The notes under the pieces are model-generated. The model was not told the DNA's origin, did not search any database, and saw nothing but the letters and a program-made list of their open reading frames with translations. Of a DNA stretch of 52,849 nucleotides, positions 16,692 to 26,963 are shown in pieces. Location: the NCBI GenBank assembly GCA_041572575.1, contig JBFFSH010000006.1, positions 1 through 52,849 of the forward strand. Direction: 5' to 3'. Both the position numbers and the translations under genes were made by a program. Position 1 is the stretch's first letter. Each line of letters starts with the position of its first letter. Source of the DNA: Thermodesulfobacteriota bacterium (GTDB lineage: Bacteria; Desulfobacterota_D; UBA1144; Nemesobacterales; N074bin48).

Positions 16692-17229
16692 GTCCCAAGT
16701 AGTAAATGTAAACCAGAAATACCCCAAGAGCCACGGCAATCATGATCCCCTGGGCAATATAGATGTGAAGTAAATCAAATATTTCTCTGTAATATAAACC
16801 TGAAAAGGCAAGACCTACAATTCGAAGCAAGTTTATAATCTGAATAATTACCAGCCCTGCGGCTATACCAATAAGTTTCTTGAGCCATTTTGCAGGAAAA
16901 CTTATTACTGCTACCGCATAAATCAGTACAGCTTCAAGACCATTACAGCCAAACCTCACATCAAAAGTAATACCAGGCAGAAATAACAGTGAGCCCTGCC
17001 CCGAGGTCTTTAGTCCCAGAAAATTTAATATTTTTACACAGCTTGCTATAAGACCGGATTCATAGACGCTGTATAGATCACCAAATCCGCCTACTATCTC
17101 AAATCTTAAAAGCGCAAAGAATCCTCCCATTAGTACTACATATGTAACTATAAATTTCAGTATACTAAAAGTACTTTTATTTTTATCTAATATCTCTTTT
17201 ATCTGGTGCTTTTTTGACTTTTTACCCAT
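16660..17229 (-). CDS. Exosortase (XrtH-like, short form)
   Basis: Catalytic Cys (GCNGLEA), Arg (INLLRI) and His (LHIY) in a multi-TM protein. Confidence 0.8.
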   Translation of the reverse strand: MGKKSKKHQIKEILDKNKSTFSILKFIVTYVVLMGGFFALLRFEIVGGFGDLYSVYESGLIASCVKILNFLGLKTSGQGSLLFLPGITFDVRFGCNGLEAVLIYAVAVISFPAKWLKKLIGIAAGLVIIQIINLLRIVGLAFSGLYYREIFDLLHIYIAQGIMIAVALGVFLVYIYYLGHGEDKQQEGA

Positions 17230-17389
17230 GGGTCAGGTTCGTTGTAAAACTGCTCTGTAAATATGATTACTTTTTCAGATCAGGATAAATATACCTGAAA
17301 TTTTACAAGCGTAATGAGTAATTAAAGAAATACTGAAAAAATGATTTTCTAAAACTTCCTAAATCATCTAAAAAAAGGGATGTATTATA

Positions 17390-18109
17390 CTAACTCTGCT
17401 TCGCAATCAGGCTCTTTCTTTCAAGATATTTTTTAAAAGTAATCACCTTTCTCACATACTCCGGCATTTTCACTTCATTCTCTTCACTGTTAGTAATTGT
17501 CTCAAATCTCCCGGGGCCGTAGTTATAAGCAAATAGAGCGCTTTCCAGCTTGTTATACCGTTTAAGCAGATTGTGAAAGTAGTATATCCCGAGCTGTACA
17601 TTAATGAGAGGGTCGGCTATTAAGCTTTCATCATCAATTATCATACCTTTTTTGGATGCAAGATAAAAAGCTGTTTCAGGCATCACCTGCATAAGACCAA
17701 TTGCACCCTTTGAAGATACTGCCATGGGATTAAAGCTGCTTTCTACTTTAATTATGGCAAGCACAAGGTAGGGATTGAGATTATAGCGCTTACACTCTTT
17801 ATTTATAAGGTCTGCAAGCATCTGTGCTTCTTCTTTCTCAAGATTTTGAGAATACCTGCGAATATTTTTTAGAATCTGGTCACTGGCAACCTTGTAGCTA
17901 AGATTATATGAGCTGTCGTCAAGCCCCGTTAGGTTCAGGTTGTCTACAATGTTTCCAAGCAAATTCCCGGTTTGCCTGTATGTGTGCATGTCCCTTAAAG
18001 GCGCTGAAAATACAAATCCCAAAACAAGTGCACCTAAGATTATGGGTAGTATGAATTTTGTAGTACGGAAAATATAGCTGGCTATTGTTAGCTGTTTGTA
18101 GTTATTCAT
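17390..18109 (-). CDS. Lytic transglycosylase (SLT domain) with N-terminal membrane anchor
   Basis: IKVESSFNP, GAIGLMQV and AYNYG motifs. Confidence 0.9.
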   Translation of the reverse strand: MNNYKQLTIASYIFRTTKFILPIILGALVLGFVFSAPLRDMHTYRQTGNLLGNIVDNLNLTGLDDSSYNLSYKVASDQILKNIRRYSQNLEKEEAQMLADLINKECKRYNLNPYLVLAIIKVESSFNPMAVSSKGAIGLMQVMPETAFYLASKKGMIIDDESLIADPLINVQLGIYYFHNLLKRYNKLESALFAYNYGPGRFETITNSEENEVKMPEYVRKVITFKKYLERKSLIAKQS

Positions 18110-18527
18110 GAATCTTGTTTCATACCTCCAAAATGCATATAACTTTTAGTTAATGATTACAGAAAGCTTAAAAAAATTTAGACTTTTTTGTGATTTAATT
18201 ACCTGAGATTTAGTTAATTGCTTATTTAGATATAACTTTTTAAAAATGTTTTAAACTTAAACAAAATCTAACACTAATTTAATATTAAGCTTTACTTATC
18301 ATCAACCTCTTTATTTATGTTTAAGATATCCTGTATTTGCCAAATATTAGTGATATCTGTTTTTCGCTCCCTTTCTTGCTCCCTCTTAATACTTTAATAT
18401 TAATTTACCCGCTTATTTTATTTCTTCAACTACAAATTTTATGATTTTAGTCTTAGCTGTATAATCCGAGAACCACATATTTTTTGACTGATCTATTATT
18501 ACCTTAAAGTTTATATAAAATAAAGTC

Positions 18528-19394
18528 GTGGATTCAATCACTTTACTATGCCCTGCAAAGTTAAACCTCACTCTGGAAATATTAGGCATAAGAACCGATG
18601 GGTATCATGTACTTAGATCAATCATGCAGCCGGTTGATCTGTTTGATGAGCTTACCGTTTGTTCTGAGAGTGGATCAGGTATTGAACTTGAAACTGAAGG
18701 ATTAAAACTTCCTGATATTAAAGAAAACCTGGTATACAAATCAGCTGAGCTTTATCTAAAGGAAACAGGTATATCTACAAGGCTTCAGCTAAAACTCAAA
18801 AAGAAAATCCCGATTCAGGCAGGTCTTGGCGGAGGGAGCAGCAACGCCGCAGCCACACTTGTAGGACTTAACAGAATATACTATGCACTAAGCACCGACA
18901 GGCTGATAGAATTAGCCGCTCAGATTGGGGCGGATGTTCCATTTTTTATTCACTGCCGTACGGCACTCATGGAAGGTATTGGGGAAAAAATAACAGTCTT
19001 AAACGATTTTCCGCTTCTGAATTACCTCATTGTTAAACCATCTTTTGGACTTTCTACAGCGGATGTTTACAAGAAATGGGATGAAATTGGCACTAGCAGT
19101 AACAATAATTTAAATATTGGAGAAATAATAGAAAAATATCAAAATGGACAAGTTATTCTCAGAAATGATCTTGAACAAGCTGCTGAATCACTAAATTCTG
19201 GTATATCCAAGCTCAAAGAGCTGTTAAAACAGCTGGGCTGCAGCAATGTGCTAGTGAGTGGAAGCGGAACTGCCGTTTTTGCAATTTTTACCTCTCAAAA
19301 CGAGGCAAAGGACATATATGACTACCTTAATGACAGCGGTGATTACAGTGTATTTCTTGCTAAAGGCATATCAGGATGGCACAGACTGTCTTAA
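18528..19394 (+). CDS. ispE: 4-diphosphocytidyl-2-C-methyl-D-erythritol kinase
   Basis: PAKLNLTL, IPIQAGLGGGSSNAA, GADVPFF and SGSG motifs. Confidence 0.95.
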   Translation: MDSITLLCPAKLNLTLEILGIRTDGYHVLRSIMQPVDLFDELTVCSESGSGIELETEGLKLPDIKENLVYKSAELYLKETGISTRLQLKLKKKIPIQAGLGGGSSNAAATLVGLNRIYYALSTDRLIELAAQIGADVPFFIHCRTALMEGIGEKITVLNDFPLLNYLIVKPSFGLSTADVYKKWDEIGTSSNNNLNIGEIIEKYQNGQVILRNDLEQAAESLNSGISKLKELLKQLGCSNVLVSGSGTAVFAIFTSQNEAKDIYDYLNDSGDYSVFLAKGISGWHRLS

Positions 19395-19398
19395 GTAC

Positions 19399-19427
19399 TT
19401 GATATAGAATAAAAACCTTGGTACTAT
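19399..19427 (+). promoter_or_regulatory. Putative sigma70 promoter for tRNA-Gln
   Basis: TTGATA, 17-nt spacer, TACTAT with an extended TG, 11 nt before the tRNA. Confidence 0.55.
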
Positions 19428-19438
19428 ACGGGCTTTTT

Positions 19439-19512
19439 TGGGGCGTCGTTCAACGGCAGGACACAGGCCTTTGACGCCTGGTATGGTGGTTCGAATCCAC
19501 CCGCCCCAGCCA
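19439..19512 (+). tRNA. tRNA-Gln(TTG)
   Basis: Acceptor stem TGGGGCG/CGCCCCA, anticodon arm CAGGC-CTTTGAC-GCCTG, GGTTCGAATCC T-arm and encoded CCA. Confidence 0.96.
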
Positions 19513-19666
19513 AGAAGCTTTCTTTTTTGGCTGAATAAAAATGAATTTGTATTAAAAATGTTAAAAATAAATGATTAAAAACAGATTAAAAGCAACTCAA
19601 GGTATAGCATTTAATTTTTCAATCAAACTATAAATATAACCCCAAGGAGAGAAGAAGGAGAAAATA

Positions 19667-21547
19667 ATGAGTTTAAAAATACGTGATGATCTAAAGGAAT
19701 CCTACCCCGATGTTTATACTCCGGAAGCCTTAAGCGCCCTGGAAGCTCTTTCGAAATTCAATAGCGAACAAAAAGCTATTATGAAAAAAAGATATAAAAA
19801 AAGGGCAGATAGAGCTAAGAATAAAGAAAGAATCGATTTTTTAGACCCAAATTCAGTCATACCACGTACTAATATTAAGGTACAGGACGCAAGAGACGGC
19901 AAGTTTGAAGGCGGGGAGATCCCGGCAGACCTACAGCGCCAGTGGATTCAGGGTACGGGCCCTGCAGCAAAACCCGACTCTCCCACCGAGGTTAGTATAA
20001 GAAACGTAGCATACGCAATTCTTTCAGGTGCAGACGGATGGATGTTTGACGGTGAGGACGCCCTTGGGCAGATCACTTCTATGTCACTGGACAATCAGAG
20101 AAACCTCAAGCTTGCAATAGATAAAGACCCCGTATTTTTAAAAACTTCAGAAAAAGTAGCAGCTTCTATGAACAAATGGGGCAATCAGTTTTTTGGCCGT
20201 GATATTATTGAAGATTGGGAGAAGCAGCTCGATTTTACCACCAAGATTTTCAGAGCAAGAGGTCTTCACCTTGACGACAGACACATTCGTGATGAAAACG
20301 GCGTGGCAATGTCGGCTTCAATTGTGGATATGGTCTTATATGTAGCAAACAACTATAAAACACTGCAAGCAAACGGCTCTTCCATCTGCCTCTATCTTCC
20401 TAAAATTCAGACAGCAGAGGAAGCAGCGCTTTGGAACGAGATGCTAAGCGCACTTGAAAATCATATTGGTATCGCAGAAGGAACAATAAAGGTATACGTA
20501 CTCATAGAACAGCTGGAAGAAACATATCAGCTAATGGAAATACGTGCAGCTCTTGGAAAACACTTTGTGGGTTTTAATACAGGCAGATGGGACTATATTA
20601 ACAGCGTATCTGATGCCATGGCATGGGATAAGGATTTTATCAACCCTAATATTGAATCAATTACAATGACGTACAGCTATATGGCAGCCTACGAAGACAG
20701 AGTAAGAAGAGCTGTTAATACTCCGGACATTAACGGCAACTTTGCTCTATGGCAGGGCGGTATGGAGCCTAATATCCCGGTTGGCACTGAAGAGGGTGTA
20801 GCCAGCAGTATGGAAAAGGCAGTGGCCGGTGCTGAAAGGGAGCAGAGAGAAGGCGCAAGTGGAAAGTGGGTAGCACACTGGAAGATGGTTCATATAGTAA
20901 GACCAGTTTGGGAAAAAGTTGGTGAAGCTAACCAGCTTGGAAGAAAGTTTCCGCCTCTTACATATACTGAGGAAGATTCTCAAGCCCTCACCCATTTAGA
21001 ACCTGCCCCAAGATCTATAAGGGGAGCAAGAAACCTGCTTAGCGTAGCCCTGCAGTACGGAAACGCATTCGGCCAGGGCTTTCAGGCAGCAGCGCTAAAA
21101 CCAGCAGACTTTTTTGAAGATGATAATATTCTTTATCTTATGGAAGACGCTGCTACCGGAGAAATTCGCCTGAGTATCCTATGGGAATGGATCCACAAGG
21201 GAGCAAAATTAAACGAAGACGATGCAGAGACCGGCCTGAAAGCAGGGGATACTTTTACTGTAGAAATATTCAATAAACTTTTGGAAGAAGAGTATGAAAA
21301 GCTAAGAAATGCCAAGGATAAGGACGTTTATGACATTTCAAAAGACACGACTCTTCCTATCGCAAAAGAAATTGTTAGAACCTATGTACTAGATGAAGTG
21401 AAAGTACCATGGTACATTGATCTTCTTAACATCAATTTAAACAATCACGATTTGCAAACAGCAAAAAAGAGAATACAACAATATATGACAGCGTTTAAAA
21501 AAGACGGTACAAGAATTACCGAAAACCTGGACTTTGTTGTATCTTAA
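19667..21547 (+). CDS. aceB: Malate synthase
   Basis: MFDGEDA, FRARGLHL, LYLPK, VLIE, NTGRWDY, GKWVAH and LMEDAATGEI motifs; adjacent to isocitrate lyase. Confidence 0.88.
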   Translation: MSLKIRDDLKESYPDVYTPEALSALEALSKFNSEQKAIMKKRYKKRADRAKNKERIDFLDPNSVIPRTNIKVQDARDGKFEGGEIPADLQRQWIQGTGPAAKPDSPTEVSIRNVAYAILSGADGWMFDGEDALGQITSMSLDNQRNLKLAIDKDPVFLKTSEKVAASMNKWGNQFFGRDIIEDWEKQLDFTTKIFRARGLHLDDRHIRDENGVAMSASIVDMVLYVANNYKTLQANGSSICLYLPKIQTAEEAALWNEMLSALENHIGIAEGTIKVYVLIEQLEETYQLMEIRAALGKHFVGFNTGRWDYINSVSDAMAWDKDFINPNIESITMTYSYMAAYEDRVRRAVNTPDINGNFALWQGGMEPNIPVGTEEGVASSMEKAVAGAEREQREGASGKWVAHWKMVHIVRPVWEKVGEANQLGRKFPPLTYTEEDSQALTHLEPAPRSIRGARNLLSVALQYGNAFGQGFQAAALKPADFFEDDNILYLMEDAATGEIRLSILWEWIHKGAKLNEDDAETGLKAGDTFTVEIFNKLLEEEYEKLRNAKDKDVYDISKDTTLPIAKEIVRTYVLDEVKVPWYIDLLNINLNNHDLQTAKKRIQQYMTAFKKDGTRITENLDFVVS

Positions 21548-21583
21548 AAAAATTAAATAATCAGGAGAGGAGAGCACAAGAAA

Positions 21584-23890
21584 ATGGGTTCAATGGAAAG
21601 CGAAGCAAAAAGAATTAAGTCATATTTTTCAAGCCAGAGATTCAAGGGAATTACAAGGCTGTATTCTGCAGAGCAGGTAGTCGCACAGCAGGGAACAATA
21701 AAAAATGACTATACAATTGCTAAAGAGGCATCAATAAAGTTTTATAAACGCCTTAGAGAACTGTATTCAAAGAAAAAATCTATTACAACATACGGACCTT
21801 ATTCCCCAGGACAGGTCATCATGATGAAACGCGCCGGGATAGAGGGAATATATCTTGGCGGCTGGGCAACATCAGCAAAGGGTTCAATTACCGAAGACAG
21901 AGGTGCAGACCTAGCAAGTTACCCTCTAAGCCAGGTACCTGACGATGCAGCAGTACTTGTTAGAGCTCTTCTGAGTGCTGATAAAAACCAGCAGTTTGAA
22001 AGATCAAGAATGACAGAAAAGGCCAGAAAGGCTACACCCGAGATTGACTATACTCCATATATAATTGCAGATGCCGATACAGGGCATGGTGGTGACGCTC
22101 AGGTAAGAAACCTGATTAGAAGGTTTGTTGAGGTAGGAGTAACCGGATATCATATTGAAGACCAGAAACCCGGTACTAAGAAATGCGGACATCAGGGCGG
22201 TAAAGTTCTGGTACCTGTAGACGAACAGATCAAAAGACTAAATGCAGCAAGGTTCCAGCTGGACATTATGGAAGTACCGGGAATCATCGTTGCAAGAACA
22301 GATGCTGAGGCAGCTACCCTTCTTGAAGGCAGAGGTGATGAAAGAGATCATCCGTTTCTCCTGGGTGTAACCAACCTAACCGTTCCGGCTTATAAAGATG
22401 CCTACCTATCAATTTTAAAAAGATTTTATGATAAGGGTATAAAAGATATTAACGGTCATTTGCTATATAAAATCTCAAATGATGTTTATAAATCTTGTTA
22501 TGCATGGCTAAAAGATGTAGGGGTCTTGGAGATTGCGGACAGCAACATAGAAGCATATAAAAAAGGCAAGAAAACTTCACTCGACAAAACACTTGATGAT
22601 GTAGTGAATAAATTTGTAGAAACATGGGAAGCAGAATCTGGGATCAAGACATTTAGAAAGGCAGTAGCCGACAGGATGGAATTCAGGGCAGAGGAAGGCA
22701 CAGATTTTGATATGACAGCAGAGCAGTGGGACGAATTTGCAAAACAGGTATCACTTTCCGAAGCACAGAAAAAAGCCAAGGATATGGGACTAAACGTCAC
22801 ATGGGACTGCGAGCTCTCAAGAACCCCTGAGGGATATTATCAGATACAGGGTGGAATTGAATACGCAATTGCAAAGTCTCTTGCGGTAGCTCCTTTTGCA
22901 GACATCCTCTGGATGGAGACAAAAACAGCTGATCTTGCAGATGCTAAAGAGTTTGCTGATGCAATTCATGCTGTATTTCCGGATCAGATGCTCGCATACA
23001 ACCTCTCCCCTTCTTTTAACTGGGATACAACAGGTATGTCTGAGCAGGAAATGAAAGATTTTCCAAGTGAAATTGGAAAGCTTGGTTTTGTATTTAACTT
23101 TATCACTTATGGTGGCCACCAGATTGACGGTCTTGCATCTGAAGAGTTCTCAAGAGCTCTGCTTGAAGACGGAGCGCTTGCTCTTGCAAGACTGCAAAGA
23201 AAACTAAGACTTCTGGATTCACCGTACAGAACACCACAAAGCTATGTTGGTGGTCCCAGAATGGATGCGATGCTTACAGCTTCTTCAGGTCGTACAGCAA
23301 CCACAAAAGCAATGGGTAAGGGATCCACTCAGTTCCAGCACCTTGTACAAACAGAAGTTCCAACAAAGGTACTGGAAGACTGGCTCGAGATCTGGGCCAA
23401 GCATTACAAGATTAAAGGCTCTCTCAGGGTTGAGCTCAGACCAAACAGAGCGGGTTCTGATCTGCTTGAATTAAACATCTTAAGCAGCAGATCAAAAAAC
23501 AAGATGGCCGATGTAATTTTTGGTTCCATTCAGGATTTAAGGGGCAAGAATATTATATCCATAAGAGATCAAAACACATACAGCACTGAATTCAGGCAGA
23601 AACGTCTCATGACAATAATCCATCTGTTCCTGATTCACAGATACAAAGGCGATTCGGTTCATTATGTAAATCCAACAGATGACAATATGAAGCAAACCCA
23701 GGGCATGAAAAAGCTTGGTATTTATAGCGAGGTTAATACCGAAGTTGGCGACATAATCGTTGCCGGTATTAATGCTAAGAAAGTAAAAGACCTGCTAAGC
23801 GAAGATCAGGTGGATCTTAAAAACCTTATCGCTAAAAAGGATAGTGCTAAAAAACCAGCAGCAAAAAAGACAGCTTCAAAAAGAAAATAA
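21584..23890 (+). CDS. aceA: Isocitrate lyase, long ICL2-type with C-terminal extra domain
   Basis: [36 protein letters not shown] and [10 protein letters not shown]; about 180 aa continue after GSTQFQH. Confidence 0.92.
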   Translation: MGSMESEAKRIKSYFSSQRFKGITRLYSAEQVVAQQGTIKNDYTIAKEASIKFYKRLRELYSKKKSITTYGPYSPGQVIMMKRAGIEGIYLGGWATSAKGSITEDRGADLASYPLSQVPDDAAVLVRALLSADKNQQFERSRMTEKARKATPEIDYTPYIIADADTGHGGDAQVRNLIRRFVEVGVTGYHIEDQKPGTKKCGHQGGKVLVPVDEQIKRLNAARFQLDIMEVPGIIVARTDAEAATLLEGRGDERDHPFLLGVTNLTVPAYKDAYLSILKRFYDKGIKDINGHLLYKISNDVYKSCYAWLKDVGVLEIADSNIEAYKKGKKTSLDKTLDDVVNKFVETWEAESGIKTFRKAVADRMEFRAEEGTDFDMTAEQWDEFAKQVSLSEAQKKAKDMGLNVTWDCELSRTPEGYYQIQGGIEYAIAKSLAVAPFADILWMETKTADLADAKEFADAIHAVFPDQMLAYNLSPSFNWDTTGMSEQEMKDFPSEIGKLGFVFNFITYGGHQIDGLASEEFSRALLEDGALALARLQRKLRLLDSPYRTPQSYVGGPRMDAMLTASSGRTATTKAMGKGSTQFQHLVQTEVPTKVLEDWLEIWAKHYKIKGSLRVELRPNRAGSDLLELNILSSRSKNKMADVIFGSIQDLRGKNIISIRDQNTYSTEFRQKRLMTIIHLFLIHRYKGDSVHYVNPTDDNMKQTQGMKKLGIYSEVNTEVGDIIVAGINAKKVKDLLSEDQVDLKNLIAKKDSAKKPAAKKTASKRK

Positions 23891-23911
23891 GTATTTAATC
23901 TTACAATAAGA

Positions 23912-23945
23912 CTCCAGGCCGTGATTACACGGTCTGGGGATTTTT
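23912..23945 (+). terminator. Rho-independent terminator of aceB-aceA
   Basis: CTCCAGGCCGTG-ATTA-CACGGTCTGGGG followed by ATTTTT. Confidence 0.8.
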
Positions 23946-23984
23946 AGTCTCCTTTAAAGTAATCCTTAACTATAGTCAAAGCAA

Positions 23985-24614
23985 TTAATGAAGATGCTCC
24001 GATCCATCTTCATGAATATGTACATCACTGTCTTTTTTATCTTCCAGTAATGTTTTCATATTCTTTTCAATTTCACTTCCATGCACATGATCATGGCCAT
24101 CATCCACATTTTTATTCTTTAAAGCATATGATTTATATTCCTGTTCACTTAAATTGGGCAGTACCTGAAGGAATGCCACAATTGCCCAAATCTCTTCATC
24201 GGAATGTGTAGGCCCATATGCAGGCATACCGGTCATCTTAATTCCATTTTTGGTTATCCAAAATAGTTCAGATTGTGTCCATTCATCATTTTCTTCATAG
24301 AGCTCAGGGGGTTCGGGGTTAAGACCAATATGAAGCACCGATTCTGGTATACCTGGTGCTCCATGACACATTGCACACATAGAGTCATACTGAACAAACC
24401 CTGAATTAATCATTTTTTCATCGCCAAGATCGGGAGCTTTAATATCTTTTGCATGATTTTTAACTGACATTTCCATCGATTCATGAAGTATCAATTTTAC
24501 AGCCTTATTGTGTGGTGAAGTTGCCCCTACATTATACATTCCTTTATAGAGAGCAAACGCCAAACCCGCTGCCAAAACTATTATTAATAAGAGTAATTTT
24601 GATATAAAATTCAT
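23985..24614 (-). CDS. Membrane-anchored monoheme cytochrome c with His-rich C-terminus
   Basis: CAMCH heme motif, GIKMTGMP distal Met, and tail GHDHVH…HIHEDGSEHLH. Confidence 0.85.
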   Translation of the reverse strand: MNFISKLLLLIIVLAAGLAFALYKGMYNVGATSPHNKAVKLILHESMEMSVKNHAKDIKAPDLGDEKMINSGFVQYDSMCAMCHGAPGIPESVLHIGLNPEPPELYEENDEWTQSELFWITKNGIKMTGMPAYGPTHSDEEIWAIVAFLQVLPNLSEQEYKSYALKNKNVDDGHDHVHGSEIEKNMKTLLEDKKDSDVHIHEDGSEHLH

Positions 24615-24827
24615 CTGACCGTCCTATACAACCATGTTTATTTACTTTCAATTTAGTTAATACTAAATTTTATCATAATATAAGTATAAAATTACTATAA
24701 AATTTAAATAATTAATATAATTTTATCGTGTAATTCATTGAAATAAAACAAAATATTAATAATCATCTGTAGTCACTAAAACATATTACAACAAATATCC
24801 AATTAATAGGTATATAATTTTAAATCG

Positions 24828-24856
24828 TTGACTTTTCAATACTTAGAGCTTACAAT
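24828..24856 (+). promoter_or_regulatory. Putative sigma70 promoter of the response regulator
   Basis: TTGACT, 17-nt spacer, TACAAT. Confidence 0.55.
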
Positions 24857-24888
24857 TTAAGAAAACTTTGTAGGGGTGTGATATTAAA

Positions 24889-25257
24889 ATGTCCAAGAAA
24901 ATTCTTCTAGTCTGTGATGATAATGAAAAATCCGAAGTTTTAAGTTCTGCACTTTTAAGCAGCGGTTATGAAACAAACTCACTGTCTGATTATTCAGATA
25001 TAGTAAACAAATCAGTAGAAGTAAATCCAGATATGATTATCATGGATATTGATATTCCTATTAAAGACGGATATAAAATATGCAGAGAACTAAAAGAAGC
25101 ACCTGATACTCAGCATATAAAAGTTATATTTGTAAAAAATGATAATAATCCACTGGAAAAAGCCTGGTCTGTTGTAAAAGGGGCAGATTTTTATTTTGCT
25201 ACAAAAAACCCATTTAGTGAGAATAACTTAATTCAGAGTATGTCTGTTCTTAACTAA
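24889..25257 (+). CDS. Single-domain response regulator (CheY/PilH-like)
   Basis: ILLVCDD, PDMIIMDIDIP-DGYKICRELK and GADFY…KNPF. Confidence 0.8.
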   Translation: MSKKILLVCDDNEKSEVLSSALLSSGYETNSLSDYSDIVNKSVEVNPDMIIMDIDIPIKDGYKICRELKEAPDTQHIKVIFVKNDNNPLEKAWSVVKGADFYFATKNPFSENNLIQSMSVLN

Positions 25258-25269
25258 ACTGATAAAATA

Positions 25270-26400
25270 TCAGGTGAGGTTTAATTCTTGAATTAATCTC
25301 TGCACTTTTTCCTTATCTATCTCATATTCACTAGATATACGGTCAATATCTTCATTAGAGATTTGTAATTCAGATATTGATTTGCTTCCAATAACTTCAG
25401 GCTCCAGTCTGTTTGTTCTGTTTCTTTGCAGCTGTAGTACATCCCACCTTGCATAGTGGCCAAGAGAATCAAATATGGCCTTGGTAGCCTTTATCTGATT
25501 TGCATAACAATCGGTGTAAAGTATAGCGTCCTTTTCAAAGTTTGGTTCTACAAGGTACCGTCCTGCTGGGTTTACTATGGAGCTTCCACCCCTGGCCCAT
25601 GAAAAATTCATATGATCCGAGTCCCTTATGTATTCCCACCTATTGGGAAAATCCTTTTCATCCATATAGCCGCAGCAGCTGAGTACAAATGCACCTGCTT
25701 CAAAGGCATGTACTTTAATGAGATTTTGAAGGTTACAGCCACCTCCACCCTCACCAGTGTCGGCATCAAGCAGTTGATCAGCTCCCCTTTTCCAGTTACC
25801 AGGCCATACACAAACATGAAATTCTTCGCCCTGATTTATCATTGAAACCCTTGCAAGAGGCATATGGTTTTCCCAGCATATAAGCCCGCCTATTCTACCA
25901 ATCTCTGTATCATAAACATCGAGGTCACTTCCATCACCCATACCCCAGTAGACCCTCTCGGTATATGTTGGCATTAGCTTTCTGTGCCTTCCCATAACCT
26001 GTCCGTACTTATCTATGAACAGAAGTGAATTGAACACAGTACAACTTCCGGCCCTGTCATCTATTTCATTACAGCCAATAACTACATAGGCCCCTGCACT
26101 CTTAGCCGCTTTTCCGAGAATTTCAGTATCTTCTCCTGGGATGAGAACCGAGTTTTCCTGAATAGCAATCATATAATCTGTCCACTCATGAGGAGCAGTT
26201 TCATAACCTACTGAGTAGTAGGCCGGGTAGCCCGGAATAAAAGCTTCGGAGAATACAATTAGCTCAGCGCCGTTTTTACCTGCTTCCTTTATCAGTTTGC
26301 AGGCTTTTTTTATGGATTTATCCTTATCCATAAAAACGGGAGACGCCTGTACAACAGCCACTTTTACCTGTTCTCTTCCACCAAGTACTTTCTTTTTCAT
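25270..26400 (-). CDS. Nitrilase (carbon-nitrogen hydrolase)
   Basis: E-K-C triad: FSEAFIPGYP, HRKLMPT and ICWEN; DSLGHYAR. Confidence 0.88.
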   Translation of the reverse strand: MKKKVLGGREQVKVAVVQASPVFMDKDKSIKKACKLIKEAGKNGAELIVFSEAFIPGYPAYYSVGYETAPHEWTDYMIAIQENSVLIPGEDTEILGKAAKSAGAYVVIGCNEIDDRAGSCTVFNSLLFIDKYGQVMGRHRKLMPTYTERVYWGMGDGSDLDVYDTEIGRIGGLICWENHMPLARVSMINQGEEFHVCVWPGNWKRGADQLLDADTGEGGGGCNLQNLIKVHAFEAGAFVLSCCGYMDEKDFPNRWEYIRDSDHMNFSWARGGSSIVNPAGRYLVEPNFEKDAILYTDCYANQIKATKAIFDSLGHYARWDVLQLQRNRTNRLEPEVIGSKSISELQISNEDIDRISSEYEIDKEKVQRLIQELNLT

Positions 26401-26427
26401 AATAATTATAAATATATAATTACAAAC

Positions 26428-26844
26428 TTACACGATTATATTACTTCCTCCGGGCGCACCACCAGGAGCTCCGCCGGGATCACCTGGCCCTCCACCCTGC
26501 TGTCTTCTTTTAAGAGACTGCTCCAGCTTTTTCTCTATGAGCTCAAACAAATTATCCTTAAAATTATCATCATATGCACAAATCGATGGGAAGATATAAC
26601 CCATAAGCGCTATGTTTAAAAAGAACTCCGCATTAGCCTTTAAGAAGGTTTCATCAATTGCCGTGCCATAAGCATCCTGCAGATTCTTATATATCTCCTG
26701 AAAGAGCTCATCCCCGGCCTCGAGCACATTTTTTATTTGCCCCTCTTCCTGCATCTTTTTCACTCCCATATTAAACGCCATAAGCACTGAGTCCATCATT
26801 CCCGGCGCTTTTTGATCTTGCTGATTTTGGTTATTTTCTTCCAT
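26428..26844 (-). CDS. Hypothetical protein with a Gly/Pro-rich C-terminal tail
   Basis: GGAGG SD, 138 codons, tail GGGPGDPGGAPGGAPGGSNIIV. Confidence 0.65.
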   Translation of the reverse strand: MEENNQNQQDQKAPGMMDSVLMAFNMGVKKMQEEGQIKNVLEAGDELFQEIYKNLQDAYGTAIDETFLKANAEFFLNIALMGYIFPSICAYDDNFKDNLFELIEKKLEQSLKRRQQGGGPGDPGGAPGGAPGGSNIIV

Positions 26845-26963
26845 TTTATTCCTCCGAAATAATAATCTATTAAATAAAACATTTTATGAGTAAAATAACA
26901 AACAGTATAACTATATTTCCAAAAATATTCTAAAATGAAATCGATTTTAGCTGGAGGAAGGAA

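Noticed and set aside
17228..17239. ATGGGTCAGGTT resembling the RAYT repeat at the exosortase start
   Set aside because: Only about 8 nt match and the TTTG..TTTTGG tail is missing; chance is likely.
19507..19533. Hairpin CAGCCAA/TTGGCTG overlapping the tRNA-Gln 3' end
   Set aside because: It competes with the acceptor stem and has no U-tract; neither a convincing terminator nor an att duplication.
25270..26400. N-carbamoylputrescine amidase (aguB) partner for the nearby agmatine deiminase
   Set aside because: The active-site context ICWEN and FIPGYP is that of true nitrilases, not the CWDQW of AguB, and the gene is in a different transcription unit.
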